The translations under genes were made by a program, and so were the position numbers. From Lama glama (Eukaryota), in assembly GCA_028534125.1 (NCBI GenBank), contig CM052818.1, forward strand, positions 19,036,001 through 19,100,000: a DNA stretch of 64,000 nucleotides, read 5' to 3'. Shown in pieces: positions 12,060-25,622 of the stretch. Each line of letters starts with the position of its first letter. Within the stretch, counting starts at the first letter, position 1. The notes under the pieces were generated by a model that saw only the letters and a program-made list of their open reading frames with translations, searched no databases and was not told where the DNA came from.

Positions 12060-12900
12060 CAGTAACGAACACCTGCTTTGTGCCAGGCATTGGAGACACT
12101 GGGCCCATGAAGACATGGATTTTGCACTAAAGGAACTCACAGTTTCAAGGAGAAGATAGATGTATCAGCAAATGGTAAGCAGTCAGATAAACATTAGCTA
12201 ACATGAGGAGTTATTAGAACTCAGAAGCCCAGCACTCACCCTAGCCTAGGGCTTCAAACAAAGCTTGTTAGAAATGACCCCTAACTAACCCTTGAATAAT
12301 CACCCAGGTGGAAAGTGGGGAGGGTGGGTGTTTGGGCAGAGGCATGAGCAAAGACCTGGCAGGTTGACAGAGCATGACGTGTGCAGAGAAACACAAATCC
12401 TTGGGTTTTTCTAGAAGAGTCCATTAAAACTTTGTGTTGATGGGAATGTTCTACCTCTATGTTGTCCATTTCATAGCCTCTAGCTATTAAGTACTTGAAA
12501 TGTGGATAGCGCAACTAAGGAGCTGAATTTTTAATTTGATTTAATTTTAATTAAAATTTAAAGAGCTGCATGCAGCCAGTGGCTACCATCTTGGACATTC
12601 AGTGACTCTGGGCAGTGACGTGCAAGGCAGGAGTGGTAGGGGACAAAGCAGGCCAGGAGAGCTCAGTGAAGGGTTACAGACGCCACTTGAAGGGTGTTGA
12701 ACTTTAACCTGTAGGTGATGGAAAGTCTTTGGAGGTTGCAAACTGAAAAGTGACTTGGGTCATCTCACTGGACCAGGGGCTGAGACAGAGCAGAGGAAGA
12801 CTGGACTTAGAAGGCCATTGCTGTAGCTCAAGGGAGGAGTTATGAGAGTCTGAAACATGGCAAACACATAAGGGCTATTGGGGGAGGGGACTGATTCCAG
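12060..12900. mobile_element. L2 fragment interrupted by MER3
   Basis: TGTGCCAGGCATTGG...AAGGAACTCACAGT and later TTGAACTTTAACCTGTAGGTGATGGAAAGTC, both typical of the L2 3' region. Confidence 0.6.
12415..12600. mobile_element. MER3-like hAT-Charlie DNA transposon
   Basis: GTCCATTAAAACTTTGTGTTGATGGGAATGTTCTA...GTACTTGAAATGTGG...GTGGCTACCATCTTGGACA. Confidence 0.75.
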
Positions 12901-13669
12901 AGGCTTTAAGAGGATAGATCAGCAGGACCAAGTGGTCTCTTGGTTTTGGAGGGTGGAGTTGCATGTCTTCCTTGCAAAGGTTGACAGGAAAGATGGATTC
13001 TTGGGTGGTGTGGCTTGGACAGGGTGCTGTTCCCAGGCAGAGGGACTGGAAGTTGGGAGAGGATCCTGCAGCAGCTGCTGGATCCCAAGGTCCCACTTCC
13101 TTGCAAGGCGGGCTCTGTCAAGGTCAAAGGTGCAGGTCGAGGAATTAGGTTGCCTGGCTGTTGTTTCTTGTTAACTTGAAGGATCAGAACTTTGAAAACT
13201 ACTGAGTCAGATTGTAAATACGGACACCTACTTCTATAGCACCAACTGCAGGAGTGGGAAGGCTCCCAAAAGACAGAGAGGCAGTTTAAAACCTTGGGTG
13301 ATTAAGAAAACACCTGAATTATTTAGTGAAGTCAAAGTATCATTGAGAGTCAGAGACCACCCCAACACTGGACCTCCCTGGGTGGTGTGAGTGGGGAGCA
13401 GGCTTCTCTTAGCTTCAGGGCAGGGCTGTGGCCTGGATTTCAGGGTGGGAATGAGGGTCCCCAAGCATAGTAATCACAGAGATTATCCTCTATCTGAGAT
13501 GGGCTGCCAAGGTTTCCTCCATCCCTGGCTTCTTATGATTCATTCATTTCCTCATCAAGTATTTATTGAACAACTACTATGTGCCAAACCCTCAGATGGA
13601 AGCTGGGTCTATTGGGACAGAAGCCACAAACCTTGCCTTGAAGAAACTCTAAGTTCTGTGGGATGATTA

Positions 13670-13845
13670 TAATACTGTGCATAACATTCACTGAGACCCA
13701 TTATGTATGAGGCACTCTGTTGAGTGCATTTTATATGGATTTAATTTTTCAAAAACCCTACAAGGTAAGAACTGTCATGATCCCCAATTTATAGATGAGG
13801 AAACTGAGGCACAGAGACCTTAAGTAACTTACTCAAGTGTCCAGG
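13670..13845 (-). mobile_element. MIR SINE
   Basis: ATCCCCAATTTATAGATGAGGAAACTGAGGCACAGAGA core. Confidence 0.78.
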
Positions 13846-13892
13846 ACCTGATCACTTAAACACTTACCCTTAAATCCTGGAATAAGCAAACT

Positions 13893-14046
13893 TAAAATAC
13901 ATATGTATATATACACACACACATATGTATACATATATTTTTATTTTTATTGAAGCATAATTGACATATACTATTATATTAGTTTCAGGTGTACAACACG
14001 GTGATTTGATATTTTGACATTTGTATACATTATAAAATGATCACCA
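13893..14046 (-). mobile_element. very short L1 3'-end insertion
   Basis: Perfect 16-bp TSD CTGGAATAAGCAAACT at 13877-13892 and 14047-14062, enclosing the reverse complement of an L1 3' terminus. Confidence 0.82.
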
Positions 14047-14064
14047 CTGGAATAAGCAAACTCC

Positions 14065-14545
14065 TGTTGAGAGACTGAATATATGAACAGACAAAGCCAG
14101 ACCCTATATAAAAATAGGACTCTGATCCATAAGCTACAGCATTCAGCCCAGAACACCAACGCTTTATCTACAGTAACCAGCCTAGGCAGCCAGCTTGCTG
14201 TCTGTAAGTCAGACTTGTAGGAAGTCAGACAACTATCTGACATAGCAACCAGCTCAGGAAGCCAAAATAACCCTGGTAACAACTGGCCTCAAACAGCTAG
14301 GATATGATTAATAACTGACAGTTTCCCTGAATTTTGTCCATGCATCCAACTTAGGACCAACCAGAGGAAGCCAAGTCTGGGCCCTTAACCATTCCCATAG
14401 GTTGCCCCACTTCCTCACATCTGCAGCCTCCAGTCCCAGGACCCTGAGCCTTCTTCACCTTTTCTGTCATAAACCTTTCCCACTCCTCTGCCTGCCTGTA
14501 TGTCTCTGCCAACCACAAATGATAGTGGCTAACTCTTGTTCATTT
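14065..14545 (+). mobile_element. ERV LTR relic
   Basis: Starts with TG, has repeated AACCA/CCAAC boxes, and ends with a CATAAA box followed by TCTCTGCCAA...GGCTAACTC. Confidence 0.55.
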
Positions 14546-14549
14546 CCAT

Positions 14550-14745
14550 ACTGTAAAGGGCCAGATAGAAAATAGTTTTTGGCTCTTTGGGCCACACTCT
14601 CTGTACCAACTACTCAGCTCTGCTGTTAGTGCGGGAAAGCAGCCATGGGCAGCATGCGCGGGCATGGCTGTGTTCCGCTAAGACTTTAGCTGTAAGAACA
14701 ACTTGTGAGCAGGACTCAGTCCATGAGCCTTAGTTTGCTAAACTT
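14550..14745. mobile_element. MER58-like hAT-Charlie DNA transposon
   Basis: CTGTAAAGGGCCAGATAG...CAACTACTCAGCTCTGCTGTT...TAGTTTGCTAAAC. Confidence 0.8.
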
Positions 14746-14894
14746 GGTTTTAAGTGATGCTGCTCCTTTAGTAAGAGTGGCACTACAAAGTCCAAGCTTC
14801 CAGAAAAAGTAGCGACATTTTTCTTTTGTAGAAGTGGGTTTCCTTTCTAAAGCACTTTTCCATCTAAAGTATGTTCTGGGACCCAGTTTTCAAT

Positions 14895-15715
14895 GCATGG
14901 AGGTGGGGCAGGGGTTCTCCCAAAATCTACAAACAATTCTTGGGACATTGGCTGGGTGTCCTATAAATCAACTCAATTCCAATGCTATCTACTCAGAGGT
15001 GGCATCAGATCCCACAGGCTGAGGGCTCAGTCCACAAGACTGCTCTCCCCACCCCCACCCCCACCCCTAGGTTGTCACCTGTGCTTCTGACTGACTGGCT
15101 ATAGCTTGGAGGTTCCAACGACCCTCTCACTGGACTTCAGACATCAGCTGCAAGTCCAGGTTGTTACTTGTACTTCTGATTGACTGGCTATAAATCAGAG
15201 GTTCCTATAACCCTCTCCTTGGGTTCAATTAATTTGTTAGAGTGGCTTACAGAACCCAGAGAAACATTTTACTTACTAGCTTACTGGTTTATCATGAAAG
15301 AATTTAACTCAGGAACAGACAGATGGAAGAGATGCATAGGGCAAGGAGAAGGTGTGGAGCTTCCATGTCCTCTCCAGTCCAGGCTCACTTCTCCCCAAAT
15401 CTCCACATGTTCACCAACCCAGAAGTGCTCCAAATCCCATACAGTTGGCATTTCTACCATGGCTTCATCACATCCACATGATCCATCATTAACTCCATTT
15501 TCAGTCCTCCCCTCTCAAGAGAATGGGGGCAGGGCTGAAAATCCTAAGCTTCTAATCATGGCTTGGTCCTCTCACCCAGGAGCCACGTAGGAGCACACCC
15601 AGACTCGCCTCATTAGAACACAATTCAGTGCCATCACTCAGGAAATTACAAGGGTTTCAGATGCTCTGTGTCAGGAATCAGGAACAGAGACCAACATATT
15701 TTCTATAATCTCACA
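14895..15715. mobile_element. MER21-like LTR
   Basis: GCTGGGTGTCCTATAAATCAACTCAATTC...GCATCAGATCCCACAGG..AGGGCTCAGTCC, with internal repeated CTTCTGACTGACTGGCTATA units. Confidence 0.78.
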
Positions 15716-16663
15716 CCATGTGTTACTTAAATTGGTCCTGCAAGATTATGAACTCTTTGAAGTTAAAGACTCAGGTTTTTCACTTTTCTGTTTCCTACAG
15801 GGCTTATGTAGCAACAGGCAGGGCACACAGTAGATTCTCAACAGATAGTTGTTAAAATGTGTTGAGTTAAATTAAATCATCACAATGATTTAGTAACACT
15901 GGGCACTTAAGAGGTTGTTATTCCCATTGTACAGAATATAAAACAGAGGCTCAGAGAGTTAACTGACTGTGTTTATCTACAGGTTTTTGCACAGCAGGAA
16001 TTTGGACCCTGTTTTTGAGCCCTTCTGTCTCTTGGGCAGGACAGACTCCTCCCCTGTTGCGTCAAGAGCCTCACAGAGGCCAGCTGCTGCTGATCTTCCT
16101 TCGTCTATTTGGCTGAATTCTGTGATTTTATAAACTTCTAAACACTGAACCTACCTCTCCTCTCCCATTTATCTGAAGTGACACCTTGGGGGAATGAGTC
16201 ATTCTGTAAAAGTCCAGATTTCTAGGTGATGGAGTTTACCCCTTTAACCCCCAGATGGTTTAAAATGGTTTATATAGAAATCTCCCTGACATGTACCACT
16301 CTTGTCTGTCTTCTCCATCAGAAACTCCCAATGAGAATTTAGCTCTTTGTGCTAAATAAAACAAGGGCCTTGATTACAGACACCAGTGGCTGGGCTGGGA
16401 GGCGACTCCAGATGCCCTCGTGACAGCACAATGTGTGAAGTGGCAAATGACCTGCACTTCGAGGTTATTATTGTTTTTGTTTTTGTTTTTTTAACAGATG
16501 TTTCTGTCTTCCCTTCAACAGTTAGGCTGTCATCTGTCACTTCATGAAGCTGAAGGGATATTTCTACCTGAAATAACATCCCTCTCTTGTAATTTGCTGT
16601 CTTTTTTACCCTATGGGCTTGTAAACCTGTTAACCAAACTTGGTTAAAACTCAGCAAGGAAGG

Positions 16664-17157
16664 TGTTGAGAGAGAAAACTTTTCCTTGGCCAGTTTAGGT
16701 CCAGTGATCAGAGGCCTGCAAGTTAACTGACAACAGGTTCACAGGAGGGAAAATAAAACCCCAAGTTTTATTCATGTGCGTGTGAGACCATTTAGATGCA
16801 GAGGTTCACTAAGCATCTAGAAATAGAGGTTTATATACCAACTTAACAGGAGAAAGGGCTTCTATGGGAAGAATAAGTGAGGCTTTTTATGGAAAACAAA
16901 TGGATTTTTAAGGAAATAAATGGAAGGTTTGACAGTTTGTGATAAAGTTCATTTGTGCAATTTCTCATCCAGTGAGAGTGATTGGCCTTCTCCTGGGAGC
17001 GAAGCTTCCCGAAAGAAGGGATTTATGGCAGCTTCACTTCCAAATGTTCTGCCTTTTAGTCAGATAAGGGAAGCTCCAAAGAGGCTTTTTTCTGCAGCTA
17101 CTGTATCTCAAATGTCTTCAGTTTAAAATAATCTTTATACCTGAGTGGGTCCCCACA
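16664..17157 (-). mobile_element. MER34-like ERV1 solo LTR (diverged)
   Basis: TG start and TATCTCAAATGTCTTCAGTTTAAAATAATC (reverse complement of the family 5' motif). Confidence 0.6.
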
Positions 17158-18889
17158 AAGGAAAATGGGCTCTGAGTGAGGATCAAAGAAATGCATGAAC
17201 TTTAGTGACATCTGTGGTGACACTTCAGAGTCATTCAAAGAGTGTTCTAATTCTTAGCCACTTTCTGGGTAGGTGAGGTTGCCAGGAAGCCAGGTAATGG
17301 AGAGATGTCTATACAGAGATCCCTTGTGAATTCCATTTCCAGAGGACAGCCTCCTGAAGTGCAGTGGTTTAGAGCTGGGTACATGTCTTCCTGCAGCTCC
17401 AGGAGGTGCTTGCAAGGTCAGCAGCACAGTGATTACTGAGGGATACTGGGGGTTCAAGTCCTAAAACGCCATCACTAGGGCTTCATTCTTAGGTTGAGGA
17501 TCCCGCCGTCCTCCAGACACTAACAAGTGACCTCCTTCTCTCTCTTCCAGTCTCTCAATTTCTCTCTACTTTTCTCTCTTTCTCTCTTATTCCCTCAAAA
17601 TTCTAAGGGTAAAATAATACAAAATCAAAAAGGTACAAGGTGTGTACAGTAAAAAGTAAGTCCTCCTCCCATCCCTGTGTGCAGACCTGCCCCAGGAGTG
17701 CCCAGTGCCCAGTTTCTCAGTGCACATGTGTTTTTTATTTTTACACAAATGATAAAACACCATACACACTGCTCGGGATCTTATTTTCATTGCAACATAT
17801 TAAACAATAACCATTCACATCAATACCTAAAGGAGCTTCTTTTTCTTGAAATGGATGCAATGGTACTTTATTGCATGGAAGTACTATCATCCATTTAACC
17901 AGCCTCCTGGTAATGTTATTCCTCCTACGGTTGCAAATGGCATTATCAATGGCATTAAAACAAATAGCCTTGTACAGAAGTTGTTGCCCGCATATCCAGG
18001 CACACAAGGAAGAGTTAAGTTCTTAGAAGTGAAATTGCTGGCTAAAGGTTATGAGAACTTTAATGCTGGATAGATATTTATGTTCTCCATTTAAAATGCA
18101 GTGTCAAGTTTGCCACCGAGTTGGGCAGATTAAGCACTGTATGAATACAGCCTATGAGAAAATGTCTATTACTAAGTGGAGACAACCTACTCAGCCTCTC
18201 CTTGTCAAGACAGTTTGGATTACTATACAATAAGCTTTTGATAAATGTGTGGAATTCACTGAAATGAAGGGTGCCAGAGAAATTGTGTTTTGTCTGTAAG
18301 AGGGAGAGGAGCAGACCAGAAATCGGCAGCTCCAAATCCAGCCTGACCGTGACCTTCTGCCTCCAGCACCCTCACCTGCTTCATTGCCCCTCAAGCCTTC
18401 ATTTTCTCTCTCTGGTCCCCTCCTGGCTTCACTTCCTTCCCCGTCCAGGTTAGCCCCCATGTATCATTTCAACTACTTGTCAATGCCTTCAACTCATCAT
18501 TTTTTCCTTCCGTGCCACATGCTCTAAACACCCCCAAATTTGTACCCTCTCCCTGCCCCTTCCACTAGGTTACTGAGCAATGTTGGAGAAATCCTACCCT
18601 TGGGGAGATCAGAAATTTGAGATTTCCAGGCTCAGCTGGGTCCATGGCATGGCCTGATAGTCCTTCCACCTGTTTCTCACCAGCTCCAGCTCCTCCTTCC
18701 ACTGCCCCCATTCTTGTGTCTCCATGTTCACCATGTTGACCACAGCCAACTGGGTACTGAGTCTCCCTCCTTCTCATTTCCTTGAAGACCCTGTTATTCC
18801 TTTTCTTGTGTATCTTCAACTACTTCCTCTTTGTCCATGCTTTCTTCACAGTTCACAAACCTGGCATCTAGTAGATGCTCAATAAATCT

Positions 18890-20190
18890 TTATAAAATCA
18901 AATTTATTCAAGTATAATTTACAAATAAAATGGACATTTGAAATACAGTTTATTGAGTTTTGTCTAATGAATAGTCCCATGTCATCACCACCCCAATCAA
19001 GGTACAGAACTTCACCATCACCCTAGAAAGTGATTCCCTGCCCCTTTGAGGTGAGTCTATGACCACCACCTCCAGGTAATTACTGATCTGATTTTAATCA
19101 TCTGCCTTAGTTTTGCCTCTTCTTGAATTTCACAGAAATGGAATCATGCAATATGTTCTCTTTTGTCTCTAACTTCTTTCACTCAATTACTGTTTCTGAG
19201 ATTTATCTATATTGCTGCTTGAATTGCTATTGTGTTCCTTTTTAATGTTGACTAGTATTCCATTTTATGAATATACCATCATTTGTTTGCCTGTTTACCT
19301 GTTGGAGGACAGCTGATTGTTTCCAGATTTTGGCTAGTAGGAATAAGGTAGCTGTGAATATCTGGCCACAGATCTGGATAAATAGTTTCTTTTATCTTAG
19401 GTAAATGCCTAGGAGTGGAATTATTGGATCATAGAGTAGATGTATGTTTATAAGAAACAGCCAAACTGTTTTCCAGAATGGTTATATCATTTTACATTCC
19501 CATGAACAGTTATGAGAATTCCGGTTGCTCTACATCTTCGCTAACAATTATTACTGTCAGTCTTTTAAGTTTAGTCATCCTAGTGGGTGTGAAATGGTAT
19601 ATGTCATTTGGTTTTAATTTACATTTCTCTGATGACTAATGATGCCATATACATTTTCATGTGCATATTGGCCATTTGTATATCTTTCTTTGTGAAGTGT
19701 CTATTCAAGTCCTTTCACTAATTTTTATTGTGTTTTTAAAACTTATGTGTGAATTTTTATATAATCTGGATACAAATCCTTTGTGGAATATGAAATACAA
19801 ATATAAAGTAGGATATAGACATATCCTAGCCCATGGCTTGCCTTTTAATTTTCTTAATGATGTTGTTTGATGAAGGGAAGCTTTAAATTTTGATGAAGTA
19901 CAATTTATCAATCTTTATGGTTACTGTTTTCAGAGTCCGGTCTAAGAAATCTTTGCCTACCTCAAGATTATAAAGATCTTCTCCTATGATTTTTCCTAGA
20001 AGCATTATATTTTAAGCTTCTCTGTTTAGGACCATAAACTATCTCAAATTAATTTTTGCATGTGGTAATAAGCTCATTTTTGCCTCATATGTTTATCCAG
20101 CTGTTTCAGTACAATTTGTTGAAAAAGTTTCCTTACCCTATTGAATTTCTCTGGATCCTTTGTCAAAAATCAATTAACTACTCTCCATGT
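18890..20190 (-). mobile_element. old LINE-1 3' portion
   Basis: Reverse-strand L1 motifs TGCCTAGGAGTGGAATTATTGGATCATA and GCATATTGGCCATTTGTATATCTTTCTTTGTGAAGTGTCTATTCAAGTC. Confidence 0.88.
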
Positions 20191-21609
20191 TGATGCCTCA
20201 TTCTATTTGGTTCTTTTTTATAAGTTCCATTTCTCTGCTGAGATTACCCACTTATTTATTCATTGCATTTGTCTCTTCCCTTACATCCTTGAACATATTC
20301 ATAATAGGTGTTTTAAAGTCCTTGACTGTTATGCTAGTTATCAATTTATTGCCTTTCAGAGAAAAATCAACCTTTCATGATCTGCTTTCTGATAATGAGT
20401 CAGACCCTTTAAGTATTTCTCTATTGTAGCAACCACAACATTAATTTTTGTCAGTAAAGGAAGCTGGAGGGACTTCGCAGGTGGAAGGAGGTTTTTTCCT
20501 GGTTCCGGTGCTTCTGTTTTAGTTTGTTCACTCTTATAGCATGTCTGCCAGCCTCATATACAAAGCACAGTCCCTTGACAAGCTTGCAAAACTGGTTCCA
20601 GCCAAGTAACTACTCACTATAGACTTCCTGATCTAGACAATATGAATCCCAGGCCTGAGGGTGCCCTGCCGATGAGTGGCTCTCAGTATCCTGACTCCCC
20701 TGTGCACACGTCTCCTAGCCTTGGCCTCTTTGTGCCCCAGGTGGTTGCTTCCCACAGCCCTCCAGACATGGACACCATACAACCCAGGCCTCACACTGCC
20801 CTGCTGCTAAGTTGGCTCCTGATGCCTTGACTCCCTCTGTATCACCCCCCACCAGCACTGGCCCACCTGCACCCTGGAAGTAAGTGTTTTCTACTTTCCA
20901 CCAACTGTAAACCAGCTCTGACCTGGGCAACTCAGAGACCTTTTTACCCTTGAGTGGCCTGAAATTAGGTCTGAATCTCATGAGACCTCCCTCCCAAGTT
21001 GTTTCTTCTTTGATCCTTCTCCCTCAGCCTTGGGCTATTCTTTAGAGTCCCAACCCTACTCCAATTTTTTTTTCCTTTATAATTATTCTCCTGTTATAGT
21101 TTAGAATTCTTTAAACATTTTCTGTTCAAGTTACTTCATGCTTTCTATCTCCTGGTTGGACTCCCGGTTGGTATGTCTGATAATCCCATCATCTCTGTCA
21201 CCTTGAGGTTTATTTTTATTGACTGACTTTTCTCCTTTGAATGTTGAATAATCTTTTGTTGTATGCTGAACATTGTGTATGAGATACCAGGATGATGAAG
21301 CATTTAGAAATTGCATCATATCAAAATTTAAAGAAGTAGAGATGTTTGTTCTGGAGAAGATAGAGACAAGTTACAATGGGTATCTTTTGTACTGAAGGAC
21401 AGCTGCTGCAGAGGGGAGAACTAAGGCCACTGAAAGGAAAGGACAGCAGCACAGGTGTCAGAAGAGATATTAGGAAGAATTCTCTGTGCTTCAGAACTTC
21501 TGCCTGAATATGCAGTGCTGGTGGTGAAGCAGAGGCTGGGTCACTGTTCATAGGGGATTTGTGGATGCATATGGTCAGAGGAGGGTTCCAATGCATCTCT
21601 ATAGATCTT

Positions 21610-21775
21610 TTGGGAAAAGCATGGGCTTTGAAGTCAGTCAGATTTGAGTGGGGTACTCAGTTTACCACCCACCAGCAAATTACTTAACCTCCCTGTGCCT
21701 CAGTTTCTTCATCTGTTTAAAAAAAAGATGCTACCTATCTTTAGAGATAAGGCTGTTATAAGGATTAAAGTGAAA
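21610..21775 (+). mobile_element. MIR SINE
   Basis: GCAAATTACTTAACCTCCCTGTGCCTCAGTTTCTTCATCTGT. Confidence 0.78.
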
Positions 21776-22175
21776 AGCCCAAGGATTTCAGGTCCTGACC
21801 TAAGGTTCTAACTGTAACCCAGCATCTTGATGCTCCTAAAAATATCTGTTGTTTTCATTCAGTCATGGCTTTAGGGGCCTTCAAGAATTCCTTTATTTGA
21901 TAGGATTGGTTACCTATTCCATATCTCCTCCCTCAACTTCTTAAAACTTCATTTCCTGCCCAAACTCTTCAACATCATAGAAGAAAATCCCACAAAACTT
22001 CCTCACAAAAAGCTCTTACCCAAACCCTTTAATTTCACAGAAAAATTCTCCTAAAGCTTCCTACTTCTACCTCCCATTTCTGTACCCCCAATACACGCTC
22101 CGTGTACATTTCTGTGAGTGTATTTACCACATTTTAAAATCTTTTAATATTTTTAAATTATTAAAATAATATATA

Positions 22176-22525
22176 TGTTATGGGCTGAATGTTTGTGTCC
22201 CCTCAAAATTCATATTTTGAACCCCTAACCTGCAGTATGATGACATTAGGAAGTGGGGTCTTTGGGAGGTAATTAGGTCATGAGGGTGGAGCCCTCATTA
22301 ATGGGATTAGTGCCCTTAACAAAAGAGATCCCTGGGGGCTGCCTTCCCCCTTCTGCCATATGAGGACACAGGGAGAAGACAGTCGTCTGTAGACCGGGAA
22401 GCAGACTCTCACCAGATATCAAATCTTCTGGTGCCTTCATCTTGGACTTTCCAGTCTCCCAAATGTTGTTTATAAGCCATCCAGTCTAGGGTGTTCTGTT
22501 ATAGCAGCTCAAACATGCTAAGACA
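22176..22525 (+). mobile_element. MLT1A-like MaLR LTR
   Basis: TGTTATGGGCTGAATGTTTGTGTCCCCTCAAAATTCATA ... TTATAGCAGCTCAAACATGCTAAGACA. Confidence 0.85.
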
Positions 22526-24069
22526 ATGTTTATGATTAAAACATCCAAGCAATGGAAAAGGATACAGGTGAGAAATGATAGTTCTCCTCTTCCATCATCA
22601 GCCTGGTGCCATCCCACAGATCACCAATTTAATTTCTTGGGAATTTTTCTAAGAAATATTGTATGCACAGGCAAGTATGTGCATGCACACACACATATGC
22701 CACATGCAAATTCTTTTTCCATGATGGGATTTTGCTCTACAAACTATTGTATCCAATGCTTTTTCTACTTCATGTTCCTCATACATCTTCGCAGATCAAT
22801 ACATGAACCAGTGCCTCATTTTTCAACAGGTGCTTGGTGTTCCTCTGTATGGATGCACCAAGGGTTATTACTTCAGTCCTCTCTAGCTGGACATTTTAGT
22901 TTGGTGTGGTTTGTTGTCTTTTACCACTGAGCTAAGCTGTATTTTAATGGTTTGTCTGGGTCTGTGTTTTCAGCCTAACTGGGGAGGGCAGGGACTGCAT
23001 TTTAGTTTCAGTTTTAGATCCAGCCCCTGGCCCTCTCCTTGGCATGTTTTAAAAGTAATGAACTGGATTCCATTCCATGGGGTTACTCCTAGGAAGGTTT
23101 GGCCCAAGACCCTCCCCCAGGGGGGCCACCAGCATAGAAGGCTCTCCCTGACACTTCATCCTCGCCTTTCTGGTTCAACTGGCAGGTTAACCCCTTCAGA
23201 GGCAGCTGAGACCTCCCTCTTATCTCCTGGATCCTCCAAGTCACCATGGAAATGTGGTCTCAGAAGACCTTCATACCAGGGGCCTCCATCCCTTCCCTGG
23301 GGCCTCATCTGGCTTTTCCTCAAGCCCCTCCTTTAAGGAACCACTGCTCATGGTACTCTCTGGCATCGTGTCCTCTAGAGAGCCATGTCCTGCTTCTCCC
23401 AGCATCGCTTCCCAGGAGGAGGAGGCAGTTCATTCTCACCCTGAATCCCAGCCCCTGGCACAGATAAGCCCCAGGGAAGCATTTACTGAAGCTCCTCCAG
23501 CCTTTCTCAGCATGAATATTTTACACTTCTGCAGTAAACTAGACAGTTAGAGCAAGGAAAAGGAGTTGTTGGAGCCACACTGCTGCACGCTGGCAAGCAG
23601 TTCAGTGGAGGTGGTGGGAGAGGATGGAGCTTCTCATCCTCTCCAACCGAAGCAGCAATTAGGTCCCTCATCTGAGCACCCAACCTTCCCCAGCGGTGTG
23701 AATGGGTGGCTGCCCCCAGGCCACCAGTATTCCTGCTCACTGGTCCACCTTCAGGTGCTCCAAAAGGTCATCTTGGATTTCTGCTTTGTCATTTTAGTCC
23801 CTGCCTCTGCTTCTGTCCCAGTCATTGAATATGAAGGCCCCCCCCTTCTGAGACCCTCTCCTGCAGCCCCCACATTTTGCAGAAGGGGAAATGAAACCAG
23901 GGAGATAAAGAGATTGCTCAAGGTCACACCCTGCCTGGCAGGTGGGAATACTTTCGGGGTTCCTGACTCACAGCAGGGGCTTTGTCTGATCCACTATCTC
24001 AGCCAGAAAGGATCTGTCAACCTGTCACTGCTGCTGGCTTACTTCCCCTTCCCTGAGACCAGGATAATG

Positions 24070-24325
24070 CAAATGGCTAAAACTTATATAAAGCTTCTGT
24101 ATGCCAGGTCTCATTTGAAGTGCTTTACATGCATTCCTCCCTCCCTCTCTCTTTGTTTTAAATAACGCAACACATTTTGAAGTATATTTTTTATTTTACA
24201 GATGAAGAAACTGAGGCCCAGAGAGGTTAAGTAATCTGCCTAAGGTTACACAGTGACAGAGCTGAGGTTCCAGCCCAGGCAATGGGACTCCAAAGTCCCT
24301 GTTCTTAACTTCTGCACCATTCTTC
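24070..24325 (-). mobile_element. MIR SINE
   Basis: ATTTTACAGATGAAGAAACTGAGGCCCAGAGAGGTTAAGTAATCTGCCTAAGGTTACACAG. Confidence 0.8.
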
Positions 24326-24373
24326 CCCTCAGAATAACAAACTATGCTAGATTCTGTCCTAAGAGTTTATGTG

Positions 24374-25622
24374 CATGTATGCAGGGGCTGCCGTGGGAGG
24401 TGGCCAGGCTGCAGTTGATGCCTGGAGGGTGGTGAATCCACCCCGCACAGTATTTTCCTGACCAGGCCCAGACATGCCTGTCCTTGTAAAGTAAAAACCT
24501 CAATGGGGGCCTTCCTCCCTAAGGATGCCAACAGTACAGCTCTCTGAACAGACGCTAAAAACAGTTCTCATCTAAAAGAGCTCTTGCGTCACAGTATGAG
24601 AAGTTAGATGCTGGTGGAAAAGCGTTTGACAGCCGAAGGCTTCCAGCCAGACGGTGATCTCTTTGGACCCATTACTTTGCATTTGTAATCAGACTGGATC
24701 ACCTCCCATCCTGAGGCTTTCCAAGGCTTTGAACAGTTTTTCAGTGATCTTTACAGAAAGATACCCTCTCCAGAGAAAGGCAGTATTTACACACAGTGCT
24801 TTGGATCTCTAGGAAACACCAGAATCATTGGTGAAGAACATATTAAATGGCTCAAGGGCTACTGTGTAGCTTTTCTCTGTGATTTGACAGTAAAACTCCT
24901 GTCTCTGAGGTGAGGTGCTTTTGAGTCAGTGATAACACACAAAATCTACAATTCGTGCAGTGCCCACCCTGATGTTCTTAAAAAAGGGACCTGAAGATGC
25001 CTTCTGTGTTGTGGGAATAACCATGATCGATCTTTACCCGAGAGACTCCTGGAATTTTGGCTTTGGACAGGCCTCTTTGACAGATGGTGTGGGGATATTC
25101 AGCTTTGCCAGGTATGGCAGTGATTTTGTATCTCACTCTATGAAGGCAAAGTGAAAAAGCTGCAGAAAATATCTTCAAAGTGACTGTCTGGGTAACTATT
25201 ATACTCCTGAAGTGACTAGTGTTTTGCTGTTTCAGTCCTGTAAGAATTTAACCCCTGAGCTTGGACAGATCTCTGGACTCGGACACTGCCAGGCTAGCAT
25301 GCTTAATGCAAGTCTCCAACCATTTGGAAGAAGTTGACCTGCACCCCCTCAAACTCTGCCCTATTTGTTTATGCAAGTTGCAGGGTGCTGTTGGCTTCAA
25401 GATTATAGGAAGATCCAAAGTGTGGGTGAGATGGATGAATGATGGATCTCTGACATACCTCGAGTGACTCTGAAACATGTCATGAGGATAATGTGAATTT
25501 GCCAAAGCCTGTGGAAGCCTTTAAAGAATGGAGAGTGGATAATAAAATGTCTTGCTGTTCTCCAAAAATAAGAACCTTCACATAGGAGGAATTAAAATAA
25601 ACACTTGTATATTAAAAAAAAA
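24374..25622 (+). pseudogene. AMZ2: full-length processed pseudogene of AMZ2 (archaemetzincin-2, M54 zinc metallopeptidase)
   Basis: ATG 24525 (MPTVQLSEQTLKTVLI*) to TAA 25569-25571 (..CLAVLQK*). Includes PEDAFCVVGITMIDLYPRDSWNFGFGQASLTDGVGIFSFARYGSDF and LACLMQVSNHLEEVDLHPLKLCPICL. Intronless, early stop at 24573, multiple frameshifts, AATAAA 25596-25601, polyA 25614-25622, TSD AGTTTATGTG at 24364-24373 and 25623-25632. Confidence 0.95.

Noticed and set aside
23566..24165. 199-aa ORF
   Set aside because: Non-ATG start, no recognisable domain, and the 3' end runs into a MIR
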